Positions 13,010 through 25,999 are shown, numbered from the stretch's first letter. The stretch is 64,000 bases of DNA from Octopus vulgaris (GCA_951406725.2 OX597828.1:6572001-6636000); one strand, 5' to 3'. The notes: generated from the letters alone by a model not told the origin. Program-made: numbers and translations.

Positions 13010-13484
13010 GTGCGTCTGTAAGTATCTATATTTCAATATACCGTGGTATATGCATGAATGCTTAAAGAATGAGTGCAGATACACACACGAGGGTGTTTGT
13101 GCGAGAAGCTTAGGCTTTGATTTTGATTTCAAAGGATGGGTCGCCGGGTGTTCAAACGCTATTAAAGGCACCTGTCACTGGGATGACAGCTACTAAAGCA
13201 GAGGTGTATAAAGAAATATGTGTAAATCCATGATATATAGGTGTATGTATATTTTTCTTTATGCATGTGTGAGTATGCTTGTGCGCGATTATATTATGTG
13301 TGTGTGTGTGTACAAACACGCACATGCCAGCTCATGCGAACTCATAGCAGAATGTATGCTATCCATATTGTGTATACCTATAAAAACTTTTGTTTGTTTT
13401 TCACTTACATTTACTATGCAAGACTGTAGGATAACCTGTCAACTGAAATTACACACATATAATATATATGCACATGTATTCTCC

Positions 13485-13537
<53 letters not shown>

Positions 13538-13598
13538 CATATGCAAATATGTTGTATATGTAGTATATATCTATGATTATATGTATGTCTACAGACAT

Positions 13599-13638
<40 letters not shown>

Positions 13639-14007
13639 TGTATATAAAGGATGCTTTTGTTGAATCAATTTTTTCTCCCTTAAACTGACACCACCAGAAA
13701 GTAAAAATGTATTTGAAATGTTTCAACTTTGAAAGACTTGCGAGAGTGCGCCTTCAAACATATTGGTCACTACGACCTCTTTTCAGACATTTCAAATAGC
13801 TGGACTACCTCGCAATCTAATAGAGTTGACGTAAGTTAGTAGCTTGTTACCTTTTTCAAGTCCATGTTTCTGCGCGGATTAATTGTTGCACAAGAAAAAT
13901 TCCCATCACTTTTGCTACAACTCACACCTTTCCTTACGACAGCAATGTTTTTGCGTTGCCGTACATTTACCAGATATATATTCATTTATTTTTACAGATT
14001 TATTTAC

Positions 14008-14400
14008 AGGCGTGGCTGCGTTTTAAGATACTTGCTTCTCAACTATAGCATCTTCTGTTCAGTCTCTACTGCGCGGCATCATGGGCAAGTGACTTCTCTT
14101 ATAGCCTCGGGCCGACAAAAGCCTTGAGAGTGAATTTTGATAGACGGAAACTGAAAGAAGCTCGTCGTATATAAATATTCATGTTTCTCTGTGTATGTGT
14201 GTGTGTGTGTGTTCGACATCACCAACTGACAACCAGTGTTGGTTTGTTTACGTTCCGGTAAACTAGCAGTTCGACAAAAAGTGACCGATAGAATATGTAA
14301 CAGGCTTAAAAACAAAATATTAACTGGGGTCGTTTCATTCGACTCAAAGTGCTTCCAGGCGGTGCCCCAACATGGCCGCAGTCCAATGATTTAAACCGGT
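14008..14400 (+). mobile_element. SINE family B, diverged
   Basis: gggcaagtgacttctcttatagcctcgggccgacaaaagccttgagagtgaattttgatagacggaaactgaaagaagctcgtcg…aggcggtgccccaacatggccgcagtccaatg. Confidence 0.85.
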
Positions 14401-15043
14401 TACTGATAAAACATGACAAGATGCCGACAGTATATGCACTACTGACGTTTCTGTTAAATTTACAGTTTGTTATTCATGGTGAAGGAAAAATTATGGTACT
14501 ATCAATAAGAAGGAAATTAAAGAATGAGAATATGAAAGGGAAAGATGAAAGACAAGTAATGGAGGTAGTAAAAAGGAAAAAAGAGGGGTTTGGTTTGGAA
14601 ACTTGCGATGGAAGTAATTATTGGTAAGTGAGATGAATGTAAAACAATGCTGAATAAATGAATGAACGAATGGTAAAAGAATGAAAGAGTGAGATGAAGA
14701 AATAAACCGTGAAAGAAAGAAAAACTGGATGGAAACATCGAATAGTAATGGTTGAAGAACAGAAGATTGTAAGGAAAAAGAAAAGGAAAAGGTTAAAAAT
14801 GATGGGAAAAGAAGAAGACAGAAGTGGAAAATGAAGGTACGAAAGTATTGAGATAAATTATGTATGTTTGCATATGTGTGTTTGTGTTTAGGCGTGAGTG
14901 TGTGTATGTGCGTGAGTGTGTGTATGTGTATGTTTGCGTGTGTGTGTGTGTTACATACACCGTGAAAGTGAAAGACAGAAAAAGAGAGAGAGAGAGAGAG
15001 AGGAATAATACGGTAGATAGAGTGACTGACTGATAGATAGCCG

Positions 15044-15104
<61 letters not shown>

Positions 15105-15170
15105 TCCATAATATATGTAGATAAATGTCACACTGAGAATGAAGAAAAATGTTTAAAAAAGCATGGCAAA

Positions 15171-15288
15171 TGAAGAAGAAGAAGAAGAAGAAGAAGAAGA
15201 AGAAGAAGAAGAAGAAGAAGAAGAAGAAGAAGAAGAAGAAGAAGAAGAAGAAGAAGAAGAAGAAGAAGAAGAAGAAGAAGAAGAAGAA
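15171..15288. repeat. Perfect (GAA)n microsatellite, ~39 units
   Basis: Direct reading. Confidence 0.98.
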
Positions 15289-15649
15289 TGTTTGAGTGGA
15301 GAAAAAAGCCTGAAGACAAACCGAAAATGTAGAATGAAGAAAGAAAGTGGAGTTTCATAATGGAATTGGTAAATGTAAAAAATTGAGTTTGCGGTAAGGA
15401 ATTCTCTTCTATAATAGAAAAACAAAATACAACGTTCACAGGTCCATAACATATGTAGATAAATTTTATTTTTACCCTTTTAGGAGCCATAGTATCTTAA
15501 GAGTTCATTTCAAGATACTCAGAAATTATTTTTGGATGTTGCGCTAAATATAACGTTCTTTTTTACTGTTGCTAGTGCTGTTTATGTCATTTTTTTCTTT
15601 ATTTTTTTCCATATATTGTTGATGTTATATTGTAGAGTATGCTAAATGT

Positions 15650-16050
15650 TAGAATCGATGGAATCGCAGACAAAATATCTTTCTGTATATACTTACGACT
15701 TCATACCATCTGAGTTCAAAATCCCGCAGGGGTTAGGTTTGAACTTCATTCGGGGGGGGGGGGGGAAACAAAGAAAATAAAGACAAGTACAGGTGTTTGT
15801 TGTCATCAAATGTACCCCATCGTCGCACATATTCAAATTTTTATAATTTTGTGTCTATGTAAGAAATCTTTGTTATTTAGAGATATGCTTTGGCAAAATA
15901 GTTGTAGCGTCGGACGAAATTATAGCGGTATTTAGAGACGAGTTCGAATCCTACCGCGATCAACTTAGCAGTCGTCCTTCAGAGATCCTTAGCTTTCATC
16001 CTTCAGAGATCTATCAAACAAAATATTAGTCACTGTACGATTGCCCTTTT
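15650..16050 (+). mobile_element. Two old, degenerate SINE family A-like copies
   Basis: ctgagttcaaaatcccgc…ttgaacttcattcggggg; tggcaaaatagttgtagcgtcggacgaaat…gagttcgaatcctaccgcgatcaacttagc…tttcatccttc. Confidence 0.55.
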
Positions 16051-16329
16051 TCCTCAAATATCTTACTTTAATTACTACGGGCGTTGTTATTGCTGTTTAA
16101 CCTGAAGTTTCATCTGATCGAATACATGTAGATGACAAAGAATTTTCCCACCGTGACAGCCCTGTCTTTTTTCTATATCCAAGGCCTGCATTGTTTTATG
16201 TATCCTTCGCTGTTTCAAATAGTTAAGTGCGGTTTGAAGGTGATTTGGATTTGTGTGTGTGTGTGTGTGTGTGTGTGTTGCTATTCTTGTTGTTGGACTC
16301 ATGACAAAAATCATTCTAGCTAATTGTGT

Positions 16330-17220
16330 TTATCAAGGAACTTCATCGTCCACTAGATCCTTGTTTCATTTTTAATGTGTTGTTTCAATAGAACTTAGTG
16401 CCTAATTCTTTATTTCTATTGGCCTATTTCTGCTTATTCCGTTTATCTGATACTATGTTATATCGAATCAATGTTCCTCGCTACAGAATAGATATTCTTG
16501 TTCCTGTTATGTCCACTATTTATGAACTATATCTTTATTTACTCTCAATATTTTTCTCTCTCCTACCGTAATTATTGACTTAATTATTGGTTATTATCTT
16601 CTGGCATGAGACCACTAACTTATTGAGTGAAACATTTATAAATATAGTTCGTCCACACCATATTTTCCGGAGAACATTCTAAATCCTATTCTCTGTCTTC
16701 TTATTTCTTTTTAGGTCACCTAATTTTCAATATATTCTATTGAATACTTCATTAATTGCCGTGACTATATTTATTACATTATACACTCATTATTTTGTCC
16801 TTGATATATTGGTTCAGTTTCTAATTTTATGCCCAGTTATTTCACTTATATTTTTAACTCCTCTTTTTTTGTGTCTGTATATTTATACCCTAATTCATTC
16901 GTAGAGTTTTATGAAGACGTTACGAATATATAAATAAATATTACTTTCATGTTTATTTTTTGTTAGATTTCTTTTGTTTCGGGTGGTCTAAATATCTTTA
17001 GAGAATCTTTGTTGTTTTCCCATGAATGCTGTTTAGTTTTAAATCATTCATAGAGAGTAATTATTCGCCAAAAAAAAAAAAAAAGAAGGAGTAAAGTGAG
17101 TCATCTTAGAAAATCCACATTGTAAATATTGGTGATGGTGTTTTGATTTCTGAATGTTTAACGCTACCAAATTTATCAAACCGCTTCCGTGGGTACTCGG
17201 TTTTAGGACAGCATTGGTTT
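16330..17220 (-). pseudogene. Highly decayed Penelope-like element ORF relic (tentative)
   Basis: Minus-strand peptides NISEITGHK (cf. N-I-x-x-I-I-x-x-H-N-x-K) followed by NYIYKC (first GIY-YIG motif-like) in the expected order; many stops. Confidence 0.35.
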
Positions 17221-18429
17221 AGGAAATTTTTTTTTTTTTAAAGAATTACGATTGTGTGTGCCTGTGCTTTGGGGTGTGTATATGCGTAGCATCATCGACT
17301 GGTCGAAACGCTCGTTTTAAAACCTTAAGGTCACAGGTTCTTTCCCACCGCGTAGTATCTTGGGTATGTGACTTGTACTATAGTCACGAATGTACTCTAG
17401 CGCTGTGAGAGAAATTGAGTAGACGTAGTACATCCTTGGACGTTTATTATTGTCATTCAGGGATTTGGCCTCATCACACACTGTGTCACAAAGCTTTCAC
17501 CTGAAAGTTAGGTTAAGATTACTCGTAAAATCAATGAACAGGGAGTTCCGTTGATCGAAAAACTAAATATATATCGTCGAAACCATCAAAAATACATTTA
17601 CTTTCTAGGAGGTCTATGTATGTAACAAAACAATTCACTATTAACGTATTCGTTCTGTTTTAAATATTATTTCCACGAAATCATTATTTTTCTCCCATAA
17701 CAAAGGTTTCTTTTTTCCCAGTGAGAAATATATATATAATATCATATTTTTATCATACATGCGTTCGCAAATGATAATGTATTTTTAATTTTCGAACATG
17801 CTACTTTCAATAATTCTAACTCATCTCTTACCGTAGGGGCTATAATACAATTATTGTCATATATTTTTGTTATCACTATTGGATAGATTTTATATATAAA
17901 TAAACGCTTCGATTTCTTGTAAAAATATACATTATCTATATATATATCTACCAACTATTATTGACAAGTTACTTTTCTTTTTTTAAAATTAACTCAATCT
18001 TGTCGGATGTTCACCACCTCACAATATGTCTCCGCAGTCATGAGGCATGGGTTTTATCATTTCATATTTGTTTTCTCCAACTTTCTCAGATTATCAGATT
18101 TCTTAACGTCTAAAATATTGCTGAATGTAGAACTGTGAAGCAAACTGATGTGACTTATTGGACAGTAAGATCTTGTAAGGTAAGCATTTTACGCCGTAGC
18201 AACCGGTTTTTATATGAAGCAAACTATAGCGTTATATAAACGGCATGCTGTACACAAGAAATAGATATACACAAAAAAAAATCATTCATCAATTAGATTC
18301 GGTTGCTAATAATTCTAAGTGTAAAACTTTCTCCATCTCAATTACGAAACCTTGATGACCTGTATTCCAGACTGTTATTTAATTCAAACTTATTCAAATA
18401 TTATAGACTCCAATATATAATAGACTCTT

Positions 18430-18620
18430 GGGTGGCAAGCTGGCAGAATCGTTAGCACTCCGGGCAAAATGCTTAACCGTATTTCATCCGTCATTATGTT
18501 TTAAGTTCAAATTCCGCCGAGGTCGGCTTTGCCTTTCGTCCTTTCGGAATCAATGAAATAAGTACCAGTTGAGCACCGCCTCAAACTTGCCGGCCCAGTG
18601 CCAAAATTTGAAATCAATTT
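18430..18620 (+). mobile_element. SINE family A with 14-bp TSD
   Basis: Family A head and core; tataatagactctt on both sides. Confidence 0.9.
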
Positions 18621-19357
18621 ATAATAGACTCTTCTATCAGCCAAATGTCCTTTAAATTAGATACTTTAGCGTTGTCCGACATACCCTTAAAACACGGAGT
18701 GGTCGTATGTCGAGTGCTTTAGCTCATATGTCTGCTCGATGAACGTTGACCATTGGGAGGCAATGGGGGAGGGGTAAAACAGTAACAAGAGCCAATTAAA
18801 AGTTTCTCCAAATTACGCACAGCTTTCTTTAAAATGGAGACATTGGTTAATATTTATGATGATTTATGTCTGAAAAGACGAGTTTGTCACAACCTGAATA
18901 TCCTTGATTATTGTTCTGTTTGGGTAGGTTTGAGCCGCGATTAGAAAACGATAACAGCCATTACATCCTACTATCTTATAAGCACTTATAAGCTGACACA
19001 AATTTATATAAACGACGTCAAAGATGACAGTATGGTCACGGTTATCCTGGAGTAAAAGAACAGTAATAACATCCATATTCAGATCAAATGTTTCCCCACA
19101 ACCATTTATATCTCAAATATCAAATTTACATTAGACTCATCAGCACATGGAACGAAGAGGAAGTTCCTATATAGAGGATCGCTCTGCTAGAAATAGCAGG
19201 CACACCTTCCTCAAATCACAACTCATCAATAAATAATTGGTGAATGTTTAATATTTCTCTGTATGTAACGGAATATCCAAATGGTAAATCAGAAGATTCT
19301 TCTTTGGTCTTTGGAAAAATAATCGTTTATTTTCTTAGAATTTTCTTTTACACACAG

Positions 19358-19728
19358 CGGAGCGCGAAGCGTTCCTCACGACCGCAGGTCCGTGAAATGG
19401 TCGTGCTCAGCAAACAGTTCTGAGTAAGAACTGGAAACAGAAGTATGGACACGCAATGCACATGTGATGTGTGTGTTTATGAGCGAAACACCTAAGCTCC
19501 ACACGGCTCCGGCAGAAGTTAATGGCCAACTTCTGCTGACTCTTCCGCCACAACTTTCTCTCACTCTTTCCTCCTGCATCTAGTAGCTCACCTGAGACCA
19601 ACCGGCGTCCCGTCCAGGTGGGGAAACAATACGTCTGTGAAACAGGGAAACCGGCCCTTATGAGCCAAACATGGCTCGAGAAAGAAAAAGCAACAATAAC
19701 AACAACAACAACAACCGCAACAACAACA
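19358..19728 (+). mobile_element. SINE family D, diverged, (CAA)n tail
   Basis: gtgtgtttatgagcgaaacacctaagctccacacggctccggcag…caactttctctcactctttcc is shared with 31318-31688; ends in (AAC)n. Confidence 0.75.
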
Positions 19729-19729
19729 T

Positions 19730-20951
19730 ACTTCTGATAAGCTGACCTGCCAACTTTTTATTCCAAACTGAAGGAGACAGCTGGATCAGCATTTTGAATA
19801 CATCCTACGACACTATGCTTCTTACGGCTGATTGCTTTACATAATGCTATTGGGATTTGAAGACAATTTTGGAAGCTCATTATGCAATACATGTTTGTGT
19901 TTAAACTAGGCAAAATGCTACAGAAACTTGTGATATGCTCCAGGCTGCTTATGGATTGACTCGTATGAGACGAGCCTATTTATTAGGTTGGCACAAAGGT
20001 TCAAAGATGTTAGAGAAAAACTGAGATTCGACGAGAGGAGTAGGAGGGTGCTGGATGTCGAAACCTCAAAGCTGGTTGAGATAATTAGCAATTTTCTAGA
20101 TGAAGATCGTCATGTGTTTATAGAGGTAATAATCATACCATTTCGACTTGGTATGGCATCTTTACACATAATTATTCATTACAATCTTTACAAGCTCAAA
20201 ATGTGTGCAAAGTTTATTTCCAGGGTGCACTTGACGAACAGAAGGAAAGATGCGTTGGAGATATGAGGGAAGTGGTTGAGCTTGTTACCTCGATTCCAGG
20301 AGTACTACAGTCTCTGGTGACTTGAGATGAACTCTGGATCTACTGTTATGATCCAGAGACGAAGACACCGAGTTTCCAATGGAAGCATGATTGAATCTCC
20401 CAGGTCCAAAACGGCTAGGCAAGGCAAAGGAAGTTCACTGAGAGATTGGGGATGATGAGCTTTTTCGACAGCAAAGAGCATTTCTACATCGACTGCGTTC
20501 CCTCTGAACAGACAGTCAATAAAGAGTACTCTGTGGAGAGATTTCGTCACAAAAAGCTAGAGCTTTTCTACTCTAATCGCTGGCACTTACATCAGAACAA
20601 TCCACAAGTCTAGTCCTATCTTGGAAAACAACCACTTCATAGAGATGGGTCTCAAAACCGCCCCACGTCATGTCAGCAGTTCTTATCTTCCTCCCTCTAA
20701 CTTTTCATTGTTTTCCAAACTCTAAGAGAAACACAAGGGTGGTTGTTTTAAAGAAATTGTGAAAATGGAAGAAGTTGTAACAAGGGTCCTAAACACATCA
20801 CTTGGGAGAACTACCATGGGGTTTAACGAAGTAGCTAGAAGCCATTGATGTCGAAGCATCCTACTTTGAAGGAGACTATAGTTTTGTACTTCGAAATTAA
20901 CAAATATCTCTCCTGAAAAATATCTCATAACTTCTGGAATGCATCGCGTAG
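19730..20951 (+). pseudogene. Decayed mariner (Tc1/mariner DD34D) transposon 1
   Basis: Frameshifted peptides FKLGK-ATETCDMLQAAYG; RFKDVREKLRFDERS; LDEDRH…KMCAKFISR; LVT*DELWIYCYDPETK…QWKH (~20314-20390); HLHQNN; LPPSNFSLFSKL; YFEGD at ~20863-20877; TIR-like end aacttctggaatgcatcgcgta. Confidence 0.93.
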
Positions 20952-21031
20952 TTCTGTGAAAATAAAACATACGCATGGATGAAATGCTTCTGAACATCTA
21001 TCTGGACTGACCTTTAAGCTACTACTACTAC

Positions 21032-21063
<32 letters not shown>

Positions 21064-21695
21064 CTGCTGCTGTTTCTGCTGGGAAACGTTATCAAGAGAC
21101 TTCGATAGAAAAAATTCTATTTAAACCATGTAAAATAAAATTAAAGTTCTAAATTTAGTCCCGACAACTACACCTTATATAGAAATAGATACTTAATTTT
21201 CTGCAGTTTAACTTATTTATTTGTAAAGGTTAAAATAGGTATACATGTAAATAATGAATAACTATTTTTAATATAGCTTTTGACTTTATGCTCCAAAATA
21301 TTTTTATCTGCCCAAAAGGGCACGGCGAATAAATAAAAGCATGTGTTTTGGGGTACGTCTGGTCTAGACTTATAATTATCACTAATTGTTCGGGTATCTG
21401 TGTAATTGCTCAACTAACGTCACCTTCTGTTATGCAGACTAATTACATACTTGGTTCAAAAGAACACAACATCCGTCTTCGTTTCTTCTGACCAATAACT
21501 ATGAAGACTTTTTATAATTGTTCTTGGGTCGGGTGGGGCTGGTGGTGTCCTTGTCTTTGGTGTTATGATATTTGCATGTTTAATGTTATGTGTGTTCATA
21601 TTTGTTATGTGATGCACTATCTATTCCGCTGCGTCAATCTCTGTATCGTAAATATTTGCTGTTATTGCTGTTTTAGAGACGGAGCAAGTTTTGAT

Positions 21696-21883
21696 CGTTG
21701 GCGATATTTTTTCTCCGTATTCCCTTCCTTGGACCTTTCCTTTTTCTATGTTTCTGACGAAGTGCTCCGCTCGAAACGTTAAATCCTCCTTCTTTCTTTC
21801 CTTTCCTGGCCGTCCAATAACACTATACTTGTTCCACGTCCTCGCGTCGTTATGTTTTCTCTTTGTTCATGCTTGGAGTAACT
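21696..21883 (+). mobile_element. Hammerhead-bearing short retroelement (Penelope pLTR/retrozyme-like), family H1, copy 1
   Basis: ~185 bp homologous to 54570-54761 (minus strand); ends ggagtaact-(TA)n; contains a hammerhead core. Confidence 0.8.
21750..21784 (+). ncRNA. Minimal type-I hammerhead ribozyme motif (H1)
   Basis: GUUU-CUGACGA-A-GUGC-UCC-GCUC-GAAA-CG-UU-AAAU: stem I GUUU/AAAU, stem II with one mismatch, palindromic ACGU stem III. Confidence 0.65.
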
Positions 21884-21893
21884 ATATATATAT

Positions 21894-22145
21894 ACAAAAT
21901 AAGAAAATGGAGAAATACACCTTAATCAATAATCAACTACCAGATAATACCCAATCACATAATTTATTTACCCACTACATATGAACATCAAGGTCAAACA
22001 TAATAATATAGTACAAAACAATGCACATCAATGAGTAATATGATACAATAAGTACAATATGTATAAGTGAATATAAATAAATATAAATATAAATATAAAC
22101 TGTATCTTACAGCTGTTTCAGCCATGCAGATATGGGTATATTATT
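21894..22145 (-). mobile_element. Family H2 element, 3' part (hammerhead 3' half plus tail)
   Basis: Minus strand reads atacccatatctgcatggct-GAAA-cagctg-TA-agat, then a T-rich tail running into (TA)n at ~21893. Confidence 0.6.
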
Positions 22146-22293
22146 ATGTATATGTGTATATATATATATATATATAGGAGTATGGGTATATGCACTCATA
22201 TGTATGTGTATATTATATATTATGGGTATGTACCCACTCTTGTATGGGTGTACCTCCTCTGATATTCATATTTAGTTTAGTTTGTACTTTATA

Positions 22294-22410
22294 ATCTCTG
22301 AAGAAGCCTTGGGATATTTTTATGTCTCATTTATAACCACATATTAACTTATCACACCAGGCTAATATGAGCATAATGAGATACCCATATCTGCATAGCT
22401 GAAACAGCTC
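22294..22410 (+). ncRNA. Hammerhead-like motif with 96-nt hairpin stem II (H2), 3' end damaged
   Basis: AUCU-CUGAAGA-[AGCC…AGCU, 22305-22400]-GAAA-CAGCU(C); the sister copy at 22104-22139 (minus) supplies GAAA-CAGCUG-UA-AGAU, which closes stem I. Confidence 0.55.
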
Positions 22411-22595
22411 AAGGGCGGACTATACTCGAGGATTTACGGTATATTATATATATTACATATATAAATAATGTGAGTGAACGAACAAATGTAGCACTCAACA
22501 CCTTTGGGGGAAGTTACATACGCTTTTTCATAACGATTCAGCTTCACATAACGCATCCATACAACTGTAAGTCATATGGATCTGAATTAAACAGC

Positions 22596-22765
22596 TCTTC
22601 ACACATACACACAGACGCGAGCGTGTTCCCACACTCTCAAGTGTGTATATTAATAAAAATGTGTCGTCAGGATTTGGATAAAAACTATTTATTTGGCGGT
22701 TTTGTTCCTTTGAGAGATTCGTCATGAACGATATTTTTATTTAAAAATCATACCTTTTATATATA
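22596..22765 (+). repeat. Left copy of ~170-bp direct duplication flanking a SINE
   Basis: Matches 23217-23386 at roughly 90% identity by eye. Confidence 0.93.
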
Positions 22766-22766
22766 A

Positions 22767-22935
22767 AGGCGTAGGAGAGACTGTGTGGTAAGTAGCTTGC
22801 TTATCATCCACATGATTACGAGTCCAGTTCCACTGATTGGCACCTTGGGCAAGTGTCTTCTACTATAGCCTCGGGCCGACTAAAGCCTTGTGAGTGGATT
22901 TGGTAGACGGAAACTGAAAGAAGCCCGTCGTATAA

Positions 22936-22993
<58 letters not shown>

Positions 22994-23213
22994 ATGTATA
23001 TGTGTGTGTGTTTGTATGTCTGTGTTTGTACCCCCAACGTTGCTTGACAACCGATGCTGGTGTGTTTACGTCCCTGTAACTTAGCGGTTCAGTAAAAGAG
23101 GACGATAGAATAAGTACTAGGCTTACAAAGAATAAGTCCTGGGGACGATTTGCTCGACTAAAGGCGGTGCTCCAGCATGGCCACAGTCAAATGACAGAAA
23201 CAAGGAGAAGAGT
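22767..23213 (+). mobile_element. SINE family B, full-length
   Basis: ggcgtaggagagactgtgtggtaagtagcttgc…ccttgggcaagtgtcttctactatagcctcgggccgac…aagcccgtcg-(TA)(TG)-…aaggcggtgctccagcatggccacagtcaaatgacagaaacaag. Confidence 0.95.
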
Positions 23214-23216
23214 AGT

Positions 23217-23386
23217 TCTTCACACATACACACAGACGCGCGCGTGTTCCCACACTCTCAAGTATGTATATTAATAAAAATTTGTTGCCAGGATTTTGGA
23301 TAAAAACTATTTATTTGGCGGTTTCGCTCCTTTGGGAGATTCGTCATGAACGATATTTTTATAAAAATTCATACCTTTTATATATA
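23217..23386 (+). repeat. Right copy of ~170-bp direct duplication flanking a SINE
   Basis: Matches 22596-22765. Confidence 0.93.
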
Positions 23387-23861
23387 TGTGAGTTGAAAAT
23401 GTCTGGAGTTGAAGTTTTTTTTCTTAGCTAAGAAATTCTTGTGCAAGAATTCCAGTAATATTTTCTGATAAAATGGTATTCGATTCAGGTGCAACATTCA
23501 ATTTCTTAAACTTTAAAATGAGTGTTTTCATAGAAACATAAGAACAAATAACTAACTGTATAGAAACCAAGCCTTCGAACTTAATAGAACCTAGAAAGTA
23601 TATAGTTTAACTAAGTCTTTAGAGTAAATATAGTATTAAATGTGATATATTTTCGATTGGTAATCATATAATATTTCTCAACACAATATACATACCCAAG
23701 TTCTTTAATACAATCTCTACGAAAACTAACTACAGCTTATAAACTCAAAGTATGACACCCTGAATATGAAGAACCAAGTATCTAGCAATGCATAATATAT
23801 GTACCTGTAACAGTTCGCAGTCAAATGCTTTACGTGAAAGCAATTATTTTAAAGCTATCCC

Positions 23862-24200
23862 CCATGGCTCAGTGGTTAGAGCGTCGAGCTCATAATCCTG
23901 AGGTAGTGAGTTCGACTCCCGGACCGGGTTGTATGTTGTGTTCTTGAGCAAGACACTTTATTTTATGTTGCTCCAGTTCACACAGCTGTAGTAATGAGTT
24001 GCGGCAACATTAAAAACCAATCTGTATCGGACTTTGCTTTCCCTTGGATAACATCAGTGACATCGGGAGGGGAGGCCGGTATGCATGGGCAACTGCTGGT
24101 CTTCAATAAACAACCTTACCCGAACATCTGCCTCGGAAGGCAAATTTCTACGCGCAATCTCATGGTCATTCATGACCGAAGTGGTGGTCTTTACTCTTTA
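23862..24200 (+). mobile_element. SINE family C
   Basis: tRNA-like head tggctcagtggttagagcgtcgagctcataatcctgaggtagtgagttcgactccc, core tgtgttcttgagcaagacacttt, tail catggtcattcatgaccgaagtggtggtct. Confidence 0.9.
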
Positions 24201-24298
24201 CCCTATACTACAGTAGGGATATAGCAGAAAATTTTCTGGAATTTTGACACGAGTGGCACTATAATTCAACATCAACACGCAAAATATTTCCTTAGTTT

Positions 24299-24672
24299 AG
24301 GCGCAGGAGTGGCTGTGGAGTAAGTAGCTTGCTTAAGAACGACATTGTTCTGGCTTCATTCCCCCTGCGTGGCACCTTGTGCAAGTGTCTTCTACTATAA
24401 TCTCGAGCCGTCCAAAGCCTTTTGAATATATTTGGTAGACGGAAACTGAAAGAAGCCCGTCGTTTATATATATATATGTCTGTGTATATACTTGTGTGTC
24501 TGTGTTTTTCCCCCAACACCGCTTGACAACCGATGATGGTGTGTTTACGTCCCCGCCATATAGCGGTTCGGCAAAAGAGACCGATAGAATAAGTCCTGGG
24601 GTCGATTTGCGCGACGAAAAACGGTGCTCTAGCATGGCCGTAGTCAAACGACTGAAACAACTAAAAGAGTAA
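24299..24672 (+). mobile_element. SINE family B, near full-length
   Basis: ggcgcaggagtggctgtggagtaagtagcttgc…gactgaaacaactaaaagagtaaa. Confidence 0.93.
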
Positions 24673-25095
24673 ATGAGATTACTCAATGGGAGAAACGAGT
24701 TCGTTTCTCTGTGCAGACTGAAAATTACTTCACACTGACAAAATCATCGGAGATGTGTTAAGATTACGATGTAACTGCTGGATGGCAGATCAGCAGCTAA
24801 ATATATGTACACAAGAACCAGCTACTCACCACGTTATAGGGAAGTGCCAACACGGATTGACGACTGCGAAAAAAACCAATGAACTAACGAATGAATATGT
24901 CAGGCACATAAGGGAATGTAATTAGTTTGAGCATCCGAATAAGTTGCCTGAAACATCACAGAACATGGAACACGATTGGCAACCAAATTCTCATATATGG
25001 AAGCGTGCGGATGTCTGTGCTTGTGTGTGAGTTTGTATGTATTAACATATGTATGCATGAATGCATGGATGTATGCGCGTGTTTATGTGTATGTG

Positions 25096-25134
<39 letters not shown>

Positions 25135-25999
25135 GTATGTATATGTGTTTACACGTATATTTTCTATTAGTTTCTAGAGTTCCTGTCGCCTAAATTCAAG
25201 TTCAATTTCCAAAGTTTAATTTCCAGCTCAAAGATTGCTATTAGAAGGCCGTTTATTCACTTATTTCAAAAAAATTCAATGCTCGACAACATACAAGATC
25301 CACTGCACATAAACATGTAAGCTCACCTTTCTTCTACTTCTTCTATCGCTCCTATATCGGCTTCTGACTTTCCAGCCCTCCAAATCTATCGCTGTCACTC
25401 TCGTCATGCGTTACCTAAACTGCAACGATCAAAAGTGCTCCGTTTTCACATTTCTTCATTCAGATATCGACAAACGAAGTACAATTAACCTGGATATAAG
25501 AGAGATTACAAAGGCAATGGACACTGCCAACGTCTATTCTTCTGGCTAATTAATTTGAGAAAGAAAACTCATTATCAGGGTTTTTAGTGTTTTTATCAAA
25601 GAGCGTCGCGGATTTTCGTCGCCATATTGCCTGAAGCAATTTAACAATTTAAAGGAGATATTTGTATGTCAATAACCACACTTTGTCAGACGGGAGAAAA
25701 TAAATCAGAAATATTAGGTTAAAGGGAATATGACAGATGTACAAGAGAAGGTTACAGTAGCAAACAACAACAACAATAATATAAACTACAAGTAAATAGA
25801 AATAACAGGAAAAAATTATATATAGACATGGTAATTAAAGATGATTAGCATTTTCGGAGTTAACTGCAATACAACAAAATACATTCAATATTTCTCTCTT
25901 TCTCTTCCACTCTCATACTCTGCCTTTCTTCCCCTTCTTCTCTGTCTCTGTTTGACCGTCTGTCTAACTGTCTGTCTGTGTGTCTGTCTCTCCCTCTCA

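Noticed and set aside
23862-23930. tRNA-like sequences (also at 31322, 33841, 59905)
   Set aside because: They are SINE heads with A/B boxes followed by SINE bodies; no complete cloverleaf or acceptor stem.
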